Origin: a virus
Taxonomy: Duplodnaviria; Caudoviricetes
Strand: one strand, 5' to 3'
IMG/VR virus record: IMGVR_UViG_2974630879_000001
Location: 12,336 to 76,335 of that record
Length of the DNA stretch: 64,000 nt
Of this stretch, positions 12,846 through 22,925 are shown piece after piece (the first letter of the stretch is position 1; each line of letters begins with the position of its first letter). Below the pieces are notes generated by a model. That model made no database searches. It worked only from the letters and a program-made list of their open reading frames with translations, and was not told the origin of the DNA. Both the position numbers and the translations under genes were made by a program.

Positions 12846-14858
12846 ATGAAAATTACAGTCGTAGCAGCCATCCTCAAGGATGACAGCCTTACGCTTGTTA
12901 CCAATGAGGGCAAGTATCACAAGCTTGCTCAAGGTGACAATCGTCTCCGTCCCATTCTCGACTTGGTTCTGCCGGAAGTACAAGCCGGCCGTTCAATCGA
13001 AGTGGACCTGTCTGGCTCCGTTACCAACGTCTATGAAGACTTCGAAAAGAAGTCGAATGGAGTCGTCAAGTTCTTCCGCGTTGCTCGCAATGCACTCAAG
13101 AAGTGGTTTGGTGACAACAGCCTTGCTGTTTCGGATGGTACCTATGGAACCATTCCGGATACACCGAAGGAAGTTGATGAGATCGTACAGAAGCTGGAAG
13201 CTTCTCCGGAGACTCGTGAAGAGACTCTGGAAGAGATCATCGCCAATTCCAAGCCTGTGACTGGCCTGGTATTCAACACCGGCAATGCAGAAAAGGAATT
13301 GCAGAAAGATGAAACTCTGATTGCCGTTGTTGATGGCAAAGAGATCATCCCGAATGCACAGCATCTGCATGCTCAGGTAGCTCACGCCAGCAAGCTGGGT
13401 AGTCCTACTGCATTCGAAAACTTCGCCCGTCTGGTAACAGCGGTGAAGCGTCAACACTCGATGGATGATCTGGTTGCTTTCATTAGCAAACTCGATACGC
13501 CACTGACCGAAGACGGTTACGTTTTGGCTTACAAGAACCTGTCGGCAACTGCTGATATTGGTGTCTATGTCGATCCGTACACCAAGAAGGTCAAGCAGCG
13601 TGTAGGTACTCGTGTCTGCATGAGTGAATCACTGGTCGATCCGAATCGTGGTCAAGACTGTTCCAACGGTCTGCACGTGGCTAGCCGGTCATACCTGGGT
13701 AGCTATACCAGCAATGGTGGTACGTTCCTGATTCGTATCAAGCCCAGCGATGTCATTGCTGTGCCGAAGTACAACACGAACAAGATGCGCGTCTGTGCTT
13801 ACGAAATCCTGGGTCGTCTGAACACTGAAGATGCACGTGCTGTGTGCAGCAACCGTCCAATGCAAACTGATGAAGGCAAGCGTTTGCTGGCAGCAGCTGT
13901 GTCTGGTAAAACGGTAGCTATCACCAACCAAGTTGAGATCACTGCATCTCATGGTGGTGGCTGCATCTATACCGAGATCGGTGAAAGGGTTGAGTCTCGT
14001 GTATTCGAACGCGATACCCTGGAAGATCTGGGTATGGTCGATCCTATCGATCCGGATGCATCGTCAGACTGTTCGGCTCCAGCTGTTCCGGTCGAAGAAG
14101 TTGTTGAAGCACTGGAAGTCACCAACCTGACTCGTAAGGAAGCTGCTGCTGTACTGCATGCTGCCTGGGCTAAGTTGGTGAACGACAAGGCAGATGACAG
14201 CAAGGTCGAAGAAGCCTACAAGCAGCTGGTCGAATTCAAGCAGCGTGCCAAGGTCTCCTGGGCAAAGCTGGGTGTCCCATATCGTGGGAGCTACCCAGTT
14301 GCTGACTTCAATCCTGATGATGTCCCTGAAATCGAACCTGCCAAGGTTGCTGAGCAGTTCGATCAGGCAGCAGCCCCGGAAGAGCGTGACGAAGATGCTG
14401 ATGCAGAGGAATTGAATAATCTTCTGCAAGATTTCAATGATGCAGCTCCTCACAGCAAGGATGAGTACGAAGTTGGAACTAAGCTGATCAAGCTGTTTAA
14501 GGACTATGGCTTTGCCTGGGACGAAGACGGTGAAAACATGCTCCTGGACTTTGACGAAGCAGACTTGAGCAGCGTCAGCTTTACTGTAGCTAAGTATGAA
14601 CAAGCTCAGCTTCGTGAAAAGCTGGCACCCTCTGAAACGCCTTCTAAGGCCGACGAAGGTGCAGCTGCCACTACCGTACCGGCTGATGGTGGAACGCCTC
14701 GTCAGCGTATCCGGGCGCTGCTTGCCAAGGGTCCATTGACCGTAGGCACGGCCAAGGAAATCGTGGCTATCAAGAAGGCAGCAAAGAAGAGCTGGTCAGC
14801 CCTCGGCGTCAACGGCGATGAGTCGTACGACATCGAGCAGCAGGCCACTGGTCAGTAA
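12846..14858 (+). CDS. rIIB: rIIB-like protein
   Basis: PLTEDGYVLAYK, DCSNGLHVAS, DVIAVP and KMRVCAYE motifs; directly follows rIIA. Confidence 0.85.
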   Translation: MKITVVAAILKDDSLTLVTNEGKYHKLAQGDNRLRPILDLVLPEVQAGRSIEVDLSGSVTNVYEDFEKKSNGVVKFFRVARNALKKWFGDNSLAVSDGTYGTIPDTPKEVDEIVQKLEASPETREETLEEIIANSKPVTGLVFNTGNAEKELQKDETLIAVVDGKEIIPNAQHLHAQVAHASKLGSPTAFENFARLVTAVKRQHSMDDLVAFISKLDTPLTEDGYVLAYKNLSATADIGVYVDPYTKKVKQRVGTRVCMSESLVDPNRGQDCSNGLHVASRSYLGSYTSNGGTFLIRIKPSDVIAVPKYNTNKMRVCAYEILGRLNTEDARAVCSNRPMQTDEGKRLLAAAVSGKTVAITNQVEITASHGGGCIYTEIGERVESRVFERDTLEDLGMVDPIDPDASSDCSAPAVPVEEVVEALEVTNLTRKEAAAVLHAAWAKLVNDKADDSKVEEAYKQLVEFKQRAKVSWAKLGVPYRGSYPVADFNPDDVPEIEPAKVAEQFDQAAAPEERDEDADAEELNNLLQDFNDAAPHSKDEYEVGTKLIKLFKDYGFAWDEDGENMLLDFDEADLSSVSFTVAKYEQAQLREKLAPSETPSKADEGAAATTVPADGGTPRQRIRALLAKGPLTVGTAKEIVAIKKAAKKSWSALGVNGDESYDIEQQATGQ

Positions 14859-14869
14859 GGTTCCTACCA

Positions 14870-14904
14870 AGACACCCTCAGTTCAAGTTATACTGAGGGT
14901 GTCT
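14870..14904. promoter_or_regulatory. perfect 13-bp inverted repeat upstream of the HTH gene
   Basis: AGACACCCTCAGT-TCAAGTTAT-ACTGAGGGTGTCT with no U-tract on either strand. Confidence 0.5.
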
Positions 14905-14924
14905 CAATCACAGGAACCAAGGGG

Positions 14925-15284
14925 ATGAGTAACGTCCTTCGTGTCAACCGCAAGGCTACCGATGGCGATATCGTTCGCTTGAATGCCTGCGGATTCTCTC
15001 TCAAGACCATCGGTCAGATGCTCGGAATCCATCCGACCACTGTCACTATCCGGCTTCATGCTCTAGGAGTTCCCCCTGCGGATACTCGGCGATCCTTCAT
15101 GGAAGCCGTTTTCTCGGGGCTGGACGCCGCACAGCAGGAGTGGCTGGCCGATCAACTCAACGCTGGTGTATCCGTCAAGGACTACATCACCAAACTGGTT
15201 ATCAACGCACATGGACAACAGCAACAATCTGCTGGCAACACTCAACTGGTTTCGCATAGCGAAGCCGAGTCCGACGCAGCGTGA
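14925..15284 (+). CDS. helix-turn-helix DNA-binding protein (N4 gp35 position)
   Basis: FSLKTIGQMLGIHPTTVTIRL HTH-like segment. Confidence 0.75.
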   Translation: MSNVLRVNRKATDGDIVRLNACGFSLKTIGQMLGIHPTTVTIRLHALGVPPADTRRSFMEAVFSGLDAAQQEWLADQLNAGVSVKDYITKLVINAHGQQQQSAGNTQLVSHSEAESDAA

Positions 15285-15666
15285 CATCATTGTCCAGACT
15301 GGCGTGCACTTCGAAGAAGTGACCGAACATCTGGACACGGTGACAGGCAACGATGTGGAAACATCACTGCTGGTCATGGAAGCAAAGGATGCACTTAAGC
15401 GTCTGGCTGATCATATGAAGAGTGAACCAATTCGCTACTCATACCAGCCGGAAGATCATCTCGAACTACTGGACGCTTTGTGCGATCAGAACGTCACTGG
15501 TGTAGGCATTGCTTACATGCTGGGCTTCGAATTCAATGGTGCAATGACTGAAGTCAATGGCTCCAACTTCTCCAAGTTCGTCAACGGTGAAGCAATCTTT
15601 ACCGAGCAAGGCAAGATTGCCAAGGGGCCGGACTTCTTCCGCCCTGACCTCGGACCATATCTGTAA
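15211..15666 (+). CDS. MazG/PRA-PH-like NTP pyrophosphohydrolase (N4 gp36 position)
   Basis: HFEEVTE, ELLDALCDQNVTG, EVNGSNFSKF and GKIAKG motifs. Confidence 0.8.
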   Translation: MDNSNNLLATLNWFRIAKPSPTQRDIIVQTGVHFEEVTEHLDTVTGNDVETSLLVMEAKDALKRLADHMKSEPIRYSYQPEDHLELLDALCDQNVTGVGIAYMLGFEFNGAMTEVNGSNFSKFVNGEAIFTEQGKIAKGPDFFRPDLGPYL

Positions 15667-15682
15667 AGCAACTATAATACAT

Positions 15683-15710
15683 AGCCCCTCAATAGAGGGG
15701 CTTTCTATTT
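15683..15710 (+). terminator. intrinsic terminator
   Basis: AGCCCCTC-AATA-GAGGGGCT followed by TTCTATTT. Confidence 0.8.
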
Positions 15711-15723
15711 AACGGAGTGACCC

Positions 15724-17028
15724 ATGGAAACACCTCAGCGCCTACCCCTGAACCAGGGACAGCAAGCCGCTGCTGACGGCTTCTTCAGCTTTCTGCTGAA
15801 TGATCAGCACAAAGAATTGATCATCAGTGGTCCTGGTGGAGTCGGAAAGACGTTCACCATGGGTCACATGATCGATGAAGTGATGCCAACCTATTTCGAC
15901 GCATGTCAGTTGGCTAACATCAAGCCGAAGTACGACGAAGTTGTCATGACGGCAACTACCAACAAAGCTGCTGCCGTGCTGGCAGAAGCAACCGGTCGTC
16001 CTACTCAGACTGTCCATTCTTATTTTGACCTTACGGTCAAAGAGAATTTCCGTACAGGTGAGACTGATATCCAACGCAAACGCAATTGGTCGATGAAAGA
16101 ACGGACCATCATCTTCATTGACGAATGCTCAATGATTGATCGTGATTTGTATCGTGAGATCAAAGACGGTTCGCTTAACAGCAAGATCGTTTACGTTGGT
16201 GACCACAACCAGCTGGCTCCGATTAAGGAACCAATCTCTCCGATCTACAATCAGCGTCTTCCGTTCTATGAACTGACGCAGCCGATGCGTACTAACAATC
16301 CGGATCTGCAAGCATTAAACCAACAGCTGCGTGACACTGTTGAGACTGGAATCTTCAAGCCCATCAAGCTGATTCCTGGTGTGATTGATGAGTACAGTGG
16401 TAGCCAAATGGAACATGCATTCATTCAAGAGTTCAGTCATCAAACTCGTGATGCACGAGTCATGGCTTACACCAATGCACGAGTGAATCAGTACAACGAA
16501 TACATTCGTGGTCTTCGTGGAATCAGTGGTCCATACCAGCCGGGTGAACTACTGGTTTCTAACTCAGCTACTCAGCTGGGTGACGGTGTTGCACTGTCCG
16601 TTGAAGAAGAAGTTGAAGTAATCAATACTTCACTGAAGCCTAGCCCCTCATACATTGATGATGGTGTCTATCTCGATGTGTATCACGTCGATCTGGAATC
16701 GACCTACGGCTATTATGCCGGCGTTATGGTTCCAGCTGATCGTGATCATTGGGATCGACTGATCAAGTACTACGCCAAAGAAAAGAACTGGGTGAAGTAC
16801 TTCCACCTCAAGAACATGTATGCCGATCTGCGTCCACGTGATGCATGCACTGTGCACAAAGCACAGGGTGGTACATACAAGCATGCCTACGTTGATTTGG
16901 ATGACATCAGTCAATGTCGTGATCCAAAGGTAGTGGCACGCCTGCTGTACGTAGCTTTCAGCCGAGCCAAGGAACGAGTAATCGTATACGGAGATCTGTC
17001 TGAAAAGTTCGGTGGACTTGTGAGGTGA
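15724..17028 (+). CDS. SF1B (RecD/Dda-like) DNA helicase
   Basis: Walker A GPGGVGKT, IDECSM, VGDHNQL, TVHKAQG and LYVAFSRA motifs. Confidence 0.92.
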   Translation: METPQRLPLNQGQQAAADGFFSFLLNDQHKELIISGPGGVGKTFTMGHMIDEVMPTYFDACQLANIKPKYDEVVMTATTNKAAAVLAEATGRPTQTVHSYFDLTVKENFRTGETDIQRKRNWSMKERTIIFIDECSMIDRDLYREIKDGSLNSKIVYVGDHNQLAPIKEPISPIYNQRLPFYELTQPMRTNNPDLQALNQQLRDTVETGIFKPIKLIPGVIDEYSGSQMEHAFIQEFSHQTRDARVMAYTNARVNQYNEYIRGLRGISGPYQPGELLVSNSATQLGDGVALSVEEEVEVINTSLKPSPSYIDDGVYLDVYHVDLESTYGYYAGVMVPADRDHWDRLIKYYAKEKNWVKYFHLKNMYADLRPRDACTVHKAQGGTYKHAYVDLDDISQCRDPKVVARLLYVAFSRAKERVIVYGDLSEKFGGLVR

Positions 17029-17031
17029 TGT

Positions 17032-17559
17032 ATGGCTCAAACAGGAAAAGTAAATCCGAATGTAAAGATGATGTTTCAGATTGAAATTCTTGAAGCATTG
17101 AATGCACCAGAGGAACGTCGTATTGATCGTGAGATTTCTGAGATCAATCGACTCAATGGTGAAATCAAAAAGATACTTAACCCAACTGGCTATGCCTACT
17201 TGGGTCAAGTGTTTACAACACAAGAGTTCAAACGTGTTGCTGGTAAGAATGGCTGGCCACAGCTGGACATATCTCTCTGGGATCGTGCTCACGCTGTGCT
17301 CGAAGATCAGAAAGCTGTCATGGGTCGGCTGGCAGCTGTACGTCAATACATAGCACTTGTGCTGACTATAGACATGACTGGCGAAGATCGACGTAATCTG
17401 ATTCCTGACTACATTGCATCATTAGCTAACATCACAAAAAACATTCCTCGTACTGAAGATATCGAAGCAGTCTTGCTTCGGTTTCCTAAGATCGAAAAGC
17501 ATTACAAGCTTGTCGAACAAACGATGGCTGTCTTGGCAGCAGGGCAATTGATCTACTAG
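17032..17559 (+). CDS. hypothetical protein (N4 gp38 position)
   Basis: 175-aa ORF between the helicase and the polymerase. Confidence 0.75.
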   Translation: MAQTGKVNPNVKMMFQIEILEALNAPEERRIDREISEINRLNGEIKKILNPTGYAYLGQVFTTQEFKRVAGKNGWPQLDISLWDRAHAVLEDQKAVMGRLAAVRQYIALVLTIDMTGEDRRNLIPDYIASLANITKNIPRTEDIEAVLLRFPKIEKHYKLVEQTMAVLAAGQLIY

Positions 17560-17567
17560 GAGATGCC

Positions 17568-20204
17568 ATGCGTTATCTCACATTCCAGCAGCACACTTCG
17601 GGCTACCCAGTGTGCTTCCTGGTTCCTACGATTGACAAGGAAGCAATCAGGCGTGAGTACATCACGCCGTTCAATCTCAAGGAAGAAGAGGTACTGGTGT
17701 TGACTTCACACCACAGTACTGAAAAGAAAAAAACTCCTGCTGCTGAAATGAAAGAGTACATTCAGACGATGTTGGCTGAGGTACTCAATGACAACAATGT
17801 GCAATACATAGTTGTCAACGACAGCGAATACTTCAAGGTACTGACCAAGAGTCAGTCCTCTGAAGCAAGTCTAGGCTACGTCGTGGACTGCGTATTTGGT
17901 CCATGGAAAGTTGTATACGTGCCTAGCTTTAAAGCGGTGTTCTATGATCCTTCAAAGATCAGACACAAGATTGCCATGGGCATGAGAGCTTTGGTTGATC
18001 ATCGATCATCAGACTACATAGCTCCTGGCTCAGACATCATTGAGTTCGAACACTATCCAGAATCCTATGAAGACATCAAGTTCGCACTTGAGAAGCTCTT
18101 GGAGATGGACTGTGATCTCACTGCGGATATCGAAGCATTCGATCTCAAGCATGACAAGGCTGGTATCGGCACGATCTCGTTTGCCTGGAACCAACACGAA
18201 GGTATTGCCTTCTTGGTGGACTGGAAAGAACTTACTACGCAGGGACCAATCTTTGGTATCAATGCTAGGAATGATCCTGTTCGAAGACTACTGGCAGACT
18301 TCTTTAAGAAGTTCCAGAAGACCGGTCACAAGATGATCTGGCACAACATCGCTTTCGATGCCTACGTGCTGGTGTATCAGTTGTTTATGGAACATCTGAT
18401 CGACACAGCAGGTCTACTCGATGGCTTGGAAATCATGCTGACCAATTGGCATGACACTAAGCTGATCACCTACCTCGCAACAAATAGCTGTTCAGGAAAC
18501 AAACTTGGTCTGAAGGAACAAGCTCTGGAGTACTCTGGCAACTATGCTGTCGAGTCAATCAAAGATATCACTAGGATTCCTAAGCAGAAGCTGCTTCGTT
18601 ACAACCTAGTTGATAGTCTTTCCACTTGGTTCGTATTCAACAAGTGGTACCAGAAGATGATCGATGATGATCAACTGGATATCTACGAGAACCTGTTTCA
18701 ACCCAGCATTGTAGACATCGTTCAAATGCAGTTGACTGGCTTGCCTGTCAACATGAAGACAGTGCAGAAGGTCAAAGTGATATTGGAAGCTGATGAGCTG
18801 AAAGCTCGTGAGCAGATCAATAGCACTAAAGTGATTCAGCAATACAACTATCGTCGTCTCGAAGCTTACGTCGAACGTAAGAATAAAGAGTGGAAGAAAA
18901 AACGAACAACGATTGTTGAAACACTCGAAGAAAGCAAGACAAATGAAACGATCCGAGAAAAGATTACGTTTAATCCTGACTCTCCTAACCAGTTGCAAGA
19001 CTTGTTGTTCAATATGCTGGGCTTACCTGTCATTGAACTTACCAAGACTAAGCAACCGGCAACAGGAGCCAAGACAATCAAGGCACTCCTGAATCACACG
19101 AAAGATCCTGACGTGTTGGAGTTCCTAAGCGGATTGCTGGACTTCAGCTCCGTTAACAAAATCTTGACTAGCTTCATACCTGCACTTCTTAATGCATCAG
19201 AAGGTCCGGATGGTTGGCATTACCTGTTCGGTAATTTCAATCTAGGCGGCACTGTCTCTGGACGCTTGTCCAGTAGCAATCCGAACTTGCAGAACTTGCC
19301 TGCTAATTCCAAGTATGCGAAGTACATCAAGATGTGTATCGAAGCACCCCCAGGCTGGTTGTTCTGTGGGTTGGATTTCGCATCACTAGAAGATCGCATT
19401 AGCGCACTGACAACCAAAGATCCAGAGAAGCTGAAGGTCTATACCGATGGCTACGATGGACATGCAATGCGAGCATTCGCATATTGGGGTGATCAGATGC
19501 CCGGTGTAATCAATACCGTAGAGGGTATCAATGCACTGGCAGACAAGAAGCATCCGTACTTTTATCTCCGTCAAGCATCCAAGGCTCCGACCTTTGCACT
19601 GACCTATGCAGGGACTTTCAAGACCCTGATGAAGAACTGTGGTTTCAGCGAGGAGGAGGCCAAGAAAATCGAAGCCAACTTCAAGAAGCTGTACCAAGTT
19701 TCGATCCAGTGGGTCAGTCAAAAACTTGACGACGCTAGCCGCAATGGCTACATCACAGCAGCCTTCGGGCTGCGAGTACGTACACCCCTACTGGCTCAGG
19801 TCATCCGAGGCAACAGCAGGACGCCTCACGAGGCTGAGGCAGAGGGTCGGACAGCAGGCAATGCCCTTGGGCAAAGCTGGTGTCTACTGAACAGCCGAGC
19901 CTGGAAGGAATTCATGGGCAAGGTTCGTGAATCGCAGTACAGACTGGACATTCGTCCCTGTGCCCAGATTCACGATGCAGGCTATGCCCTGATCCGTGAG
20001 GATCTCGGGGCCGTGGCTTACGCCAACAAGCATCTTGTGAAGGCAGTACAATGGCAAGACCACCCAGACATCTGGCATGATCAGGTTAAGTTGGGTGGGG
20101 AACTCGGGATCTTCTACCCCAACTGGACGACCGAGATCACGATTGCCAATGGAGCCAATGAGGAGGAGATCTACTCCACCGTCAACAAGGCACTGGCGGC
20201 GTAA
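17568..20204 (+). CDS. family A DNA polymerase with 3'-5' exonuclease
   Basis: Exonuclease motifs ADIEAF, HNIAFD, YNLVDS; polymerase motifs GRLSSSNPNLQN, GLDFASLEDR, RQASKAPTFALTY, QIHDA. Confidence 0.96.
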   Translation: MRYLTFQQHTSGYPVCFLVPTIDKEAIRREYITPFNLKEEEVLVLTSHHSTEKKKTPAAEMKEYIQTMLAEVLNDNNVQYIVVNDSEYFKVLTKSQSSEASLGYVVDCVFGPWKVVYVPSFKAVFYDPSKIRHKIAMGMRALVDHRSSDYIAPGSDIIEFEHYPESYEDIKFALEKLLEMDCDLTADIEAFDLKHDKAGIGTISFAWNQHEGIAFLVDWKELTTQGPIFGINARNDPVRRLLADFFKKFQKTGHKMIWHNIAFDAYVLVYQLFMEHLIDTAGLLDGLEIMLTNWHDTKLITYLATNSCSGNKLGLKEQALEYSGNYAVESIKDITRIPKQKLLRYNLVDSLSTWFVFNKWYQKMIDDDQLDIYENLFQPSIVDIVQMQLTGLPVNMKTVQKVKVILEADELKAREQINSTKVIQQYNYRRLEAYVERKNKEWKKKRTTIVETLEESKTNETIREKITFNPDSPNQLQDLLFNMLGLPVIELTKTKQPATGAKTIKALLNHTKDPDVLEFLSGLLDFSSVNKILTSFIPALLNASEGPDGWHYLFGNFNLGGTVSGRLSSSNPNLQNLPANSKYAKYIKMCIEAPPGWLFCGLDFASLEDRISALTTKDPEKLKVYTDGYDGHAMRAFAYWGDQMPGVINTVEGINALADKKHPYFYLRQASKAPTFALTYAGTFKTLMKNCGFSEEEAKKIEANFKKLYQVSIQWVSQKLDDASRNGYITAAFGLRVRTPLLAQVIRGNSRTPHEAEAEGRTAGNALGQSWCLLNSRAWKEFMGKVRESQYRLDIRPCAQIHDAGYALIREDLGAVAYANKHLVKAVQWQDHPDIWHDQVKLGGELGIFYPNWTTEITIANGANEEEIYSTVNKALAA

Positions 20205-20224
20205 CCTTCTATCAGGGAAAAGCC

Positions 20225-20569
20225 ATGTGCAACTGCAATTCTCAGACTATCTGTTTCAAGCGAGGCTCTACCTTCGCTTTCATGTTTGAGGTTCCAGCAG
20301 AAGTACCAGACGGCTTTTTCCGCAATTGGCTTCCCAAAGCTCAGTTGCGGAAAAGCCGATCTGATTCGGAGCGAGGGTTGATTTCAAACCTCGCCTGCTA
20401 CTGGAACGACGAAGTAAAGGCACGACAGATTATTGTTCGTCAGCTCGACACAGAACACTTCCCGTTGGGAGAAGCTGAGTTGGATATCCGACTTGAATCT
20501 TCTAATGGCGAAGCGATTCACACCAGCACCATCATCATCAAAATTGAACGAGGCATCACCAATGGCTGA
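20225..20569 (+). CDS. small beta-rich protein, probable fibre adaptor (BppU-like N-domain)
   Basis: KRGSTF...LDIRLESS...TSTIIIKIERGIT pattern; overlaps the start of the collagen fibre gene. Confidence 0.55.
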   Translation: MCNCNSQTICFKRGSTFAFMFEVPAEVPDGFFRNWLPKAQLRKSRSDSERGLISNLACYWNDEVKARQIIVRQLDTEHFPLGEAELDIRLESSNGEAIHTSTIIIKIERGITNG

Positions 20570-22850
20570 CATCATTCCCAAGGCGTTTGACGGCATGACG
20601 TTGAGTCTTGCTGCTGTGCCTTTGAAGGGGAACCCAGGCGAGCAAGGTAAGGGTCTGCGTGGTGACCCTGGTGATAGCAATTATCAGCTGTGGCTCAAAG
20701 CTGGTAATACTGGAAGTCTTGAGGACTTCCTGATCGCTATGAAGGGCGAAAAAGGTGATGAAGGTAAGGGGCTTACCAATCGTGGAAACTGGCAAGTAGG
20801 TCCATACATGCCGGGTGACTACGTATTTGCTGATGGCACTCAGACCGTTACTTCAATGTGGATCTATCGTGGGAACGAAGAGTTCATCTCTACGATTCCA
20901 CCAAATACCGATCCTGACAACTGGATCGAGTTTGCTGCTGATACAGGCAAACCACTTGAGCTACGTAACACTGGTGAGAAAATTCAATGGCGCATTGAAG
21001 GCGACGTTGAATGGATCGATCTGATCTTTGTTGCTGACCTTCGTGGGCCTGCTGGCCAGAAGGGAGAAAAAGGCGACAAGGGTGATGCAGGTACTGGTCT
21101 GAACAATCGTGGCACCTGGGCTGCTGGTACTTACCAGCCTGGTGATTACGTATTCTCCGCAGGTACTACTGCTACCACTTCAATGTGGATTCTAAGCTCG
21201 ACTACGGCATATGTGTCGAACACTGCACCAATGAACGATACGTCTCATTGGATCGAATTTGCTGCACCGTCTGGTCCTAAGGGTGATGACGGTGATGATG
21301 GCTTGTCCGTCAATCTTCGTAAAACTGCAACTGCAATTCAGTATCAACAAACTGGTAGTCCCTGGACTGATCTGGTTCTCCTGTCTGAAATCAAAGGAGA
21401 TCAAGGCGTTAAGGGTGACCAAGGTATCCAGGGTATTCAAGGTGTCAAAGGTGATACTGGCCAAACTGGAGCCAAGGGCGATAAGGGTGATCCTGGTACC
21501 ACTGACTACACCAACCTTAGCAACAAGCCCAGTCTTGGTACTGCTGCTGCAAAAAATGTAGAAGATTTCACTACACCAAGTACTCCCTCTTTTTCAGAAA
21601 GTTTGCTTATCAACCGAGTGAACACAGCAGGCGTAGAAGCAACTTTGCGGACTACGGCGGCAAATGCTCCAGTGATTCATTACGAATATCGTAACGAATC
21701 AACTTCGGATGGGCGTCCTTTGGCTAATCAATTGATTGGTGCAGCAGGAGCACGTCCATGGGCAGGCTCTGATTGGACACCGCATAGTGCAGCTGCTTAC
21801 CACTTCGGTGCAGCAGAGGATCACACAGCAACATCGCAAGCCACATTTATTAATCTTTCGATTACACCTTATGGAGCTACTGTAGCATCACGTTATGCTG
21901 CGGCTACCTTTAATGCTGATGGCGATATCATCAACAGTAAAGGTCTCACGTTGCGTATGGTTAATTCCGTTGAACGTGGTCGAGGGATTCAAGTTCTACG
22001 TAATGGTGCTGCCGAAATTAGTATGGTTGGGTCTGATCCAAGCGGCTACAGCACACTGCTTCGTTCGTTTAGTTTTGGTGGCGGAAACATCAATTCTCCG
22101 CAAGCAACACCTGCATCCAATGGAACTGGCTTTGCATTTTGTGGGCATGATGGTGTTAGCTGGACAGGAGCCAAGGCAATTGTAAAATTGGGGTCCGGCC
22201 TTACTGCTTGGACTCAGACAAGTACACCAACCTTCATTGATGTTGAAACAACAGCTTCAGGTAGTACTACCAGGACTTTGCGTCTTCGTATTATGGACAC
22301 TGGTAGTGTGTATCTTGCTAACAGTGTTGAACGCACCGATACTCCATCTAGCGGTCTTTACATTTGGTCTGAAAATGGCGAATGTAAAATCAAAACTTCG
22401 TCGGGTGTAGTGAAGGAAGTTGCTCCATCCCGTACTTCAGTACAAGCAGTACGTGATGCTGCGGCAGTAAGTTTGACTACTGGTAGTTATGCCAGTGTAA
22501 TTTACACTTTGGAGAATGTGGATACATTGTCTGAGTACAATCCTTCTACTGGAGTTTTTACTCCCAAGACTGCTGGATTGTATTTGATTCAATGTTCTTG
22601 TCATTTGGGTGGTGTACCAGCAGGAGCAGAAATTGTATTGCGAGTGCGTGTTGGGGGCACAGAAATTGCCCGTGTATACAACAGTACTTATGCAGCAGGT
22701 GGAAACACTGTTGCTAACGGTACCGCTATGTTGCAGCTTGCTGTAAATGCTACAGTAGATTTTCAAATCTACGTAGGTGGGTCAGGTACTCCTTCAATTC
22801 TTGCTAACTCTGTTACAGGAACTAGGTTGGGTATCCAAAAGCTGGCTTGA
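20562..22850 (+). CDS. collagen-repeat fibre protein with C-terminal C1q-like domain
   Basis: Several Gly-X-Y runs, two tandem ~108-aa units, and C-terminal SEYNPSTGVFTPKTAGLYLIQ typical of C1q/BclA-type heads. Confidence 0.8.
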   Translation: MADIIPKAFDGMTLSLAAVPLKGNPGEQGKGLRGDPGDSNYQLWLKAGNTGSLEDFLIAMKGEKGDEGKGLTNRGNWQVGPYMPGDYVFADGTQTVTSMWIYRGNEEFISTIPPNTDPDNWIEFAADTGKPLELRNTGEKIQWRIEGDVEWIDLIFVADLRGPAGQKGEKGDKGDAGTGLNNRGTWAAGTYQPGDYVFSAGTTATTSMWILSSTTAYVSNTAPMNDTSHWIEFAAPSGPKGDDGDDGLSVNLRKTATAIQYQQTGSPWTDLVLLSEIKGDQGVKGDQGIQGIQGVKGDTGQTGAKGDKGDPGTTDYTNLSNKPSLGTAAAKNVEDFTTPSTPSFSESLLINRVNTAGVEATLRTTAANAPVIHYEYRNESTSDGRPLANQLIGAAGARPWAGSDWTPHSAAAYHFGAAEDHTATSQATFINLSITPYGATVASRYAAATFNADGDIINSKGLTLRMVNSVERGRGIQVLRNGAAEISMVGSDPSGYSTLLRSFSFGGGNINSPQATPASNGTGFAFCGHDGVSWTGAKAIVKLGSGLTAWTQTSTPTFIDVETTASGSTTRTLRLRIMDTGSVYLANSVERTDTPSSGLYIWSENGECKIKTSSGVVKEVAPSRTSVQAVRDAAAVSLTTGSYASVIYTLENVDTLSEYNPSTGVFTPKTAGLYLIQCSCHLGGVPAGAEIVLRVRVGGTEIARVYNSTYAAGGNTVANGTAMLQLAVNATVDFQIYVGGSGTPSILANSVTGTRLGIQKLA

Positions 22851-22886
22851 TCAATATTTTTTCTTGGTGCAGTAGCACCACTAACT

Positions 22887-22909
22887 GGGGAGCTTCGGCT
22901 CCCCTTTCT
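22887..22909 (+). terminator. intrinsic terminator
   Basis: GGGGAGC-TTCG-GCTCCCC followed by TTTCT. Confidence 0.75.
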
Positions 22910-22925
22910 ACCTCTGGAGAAATCG

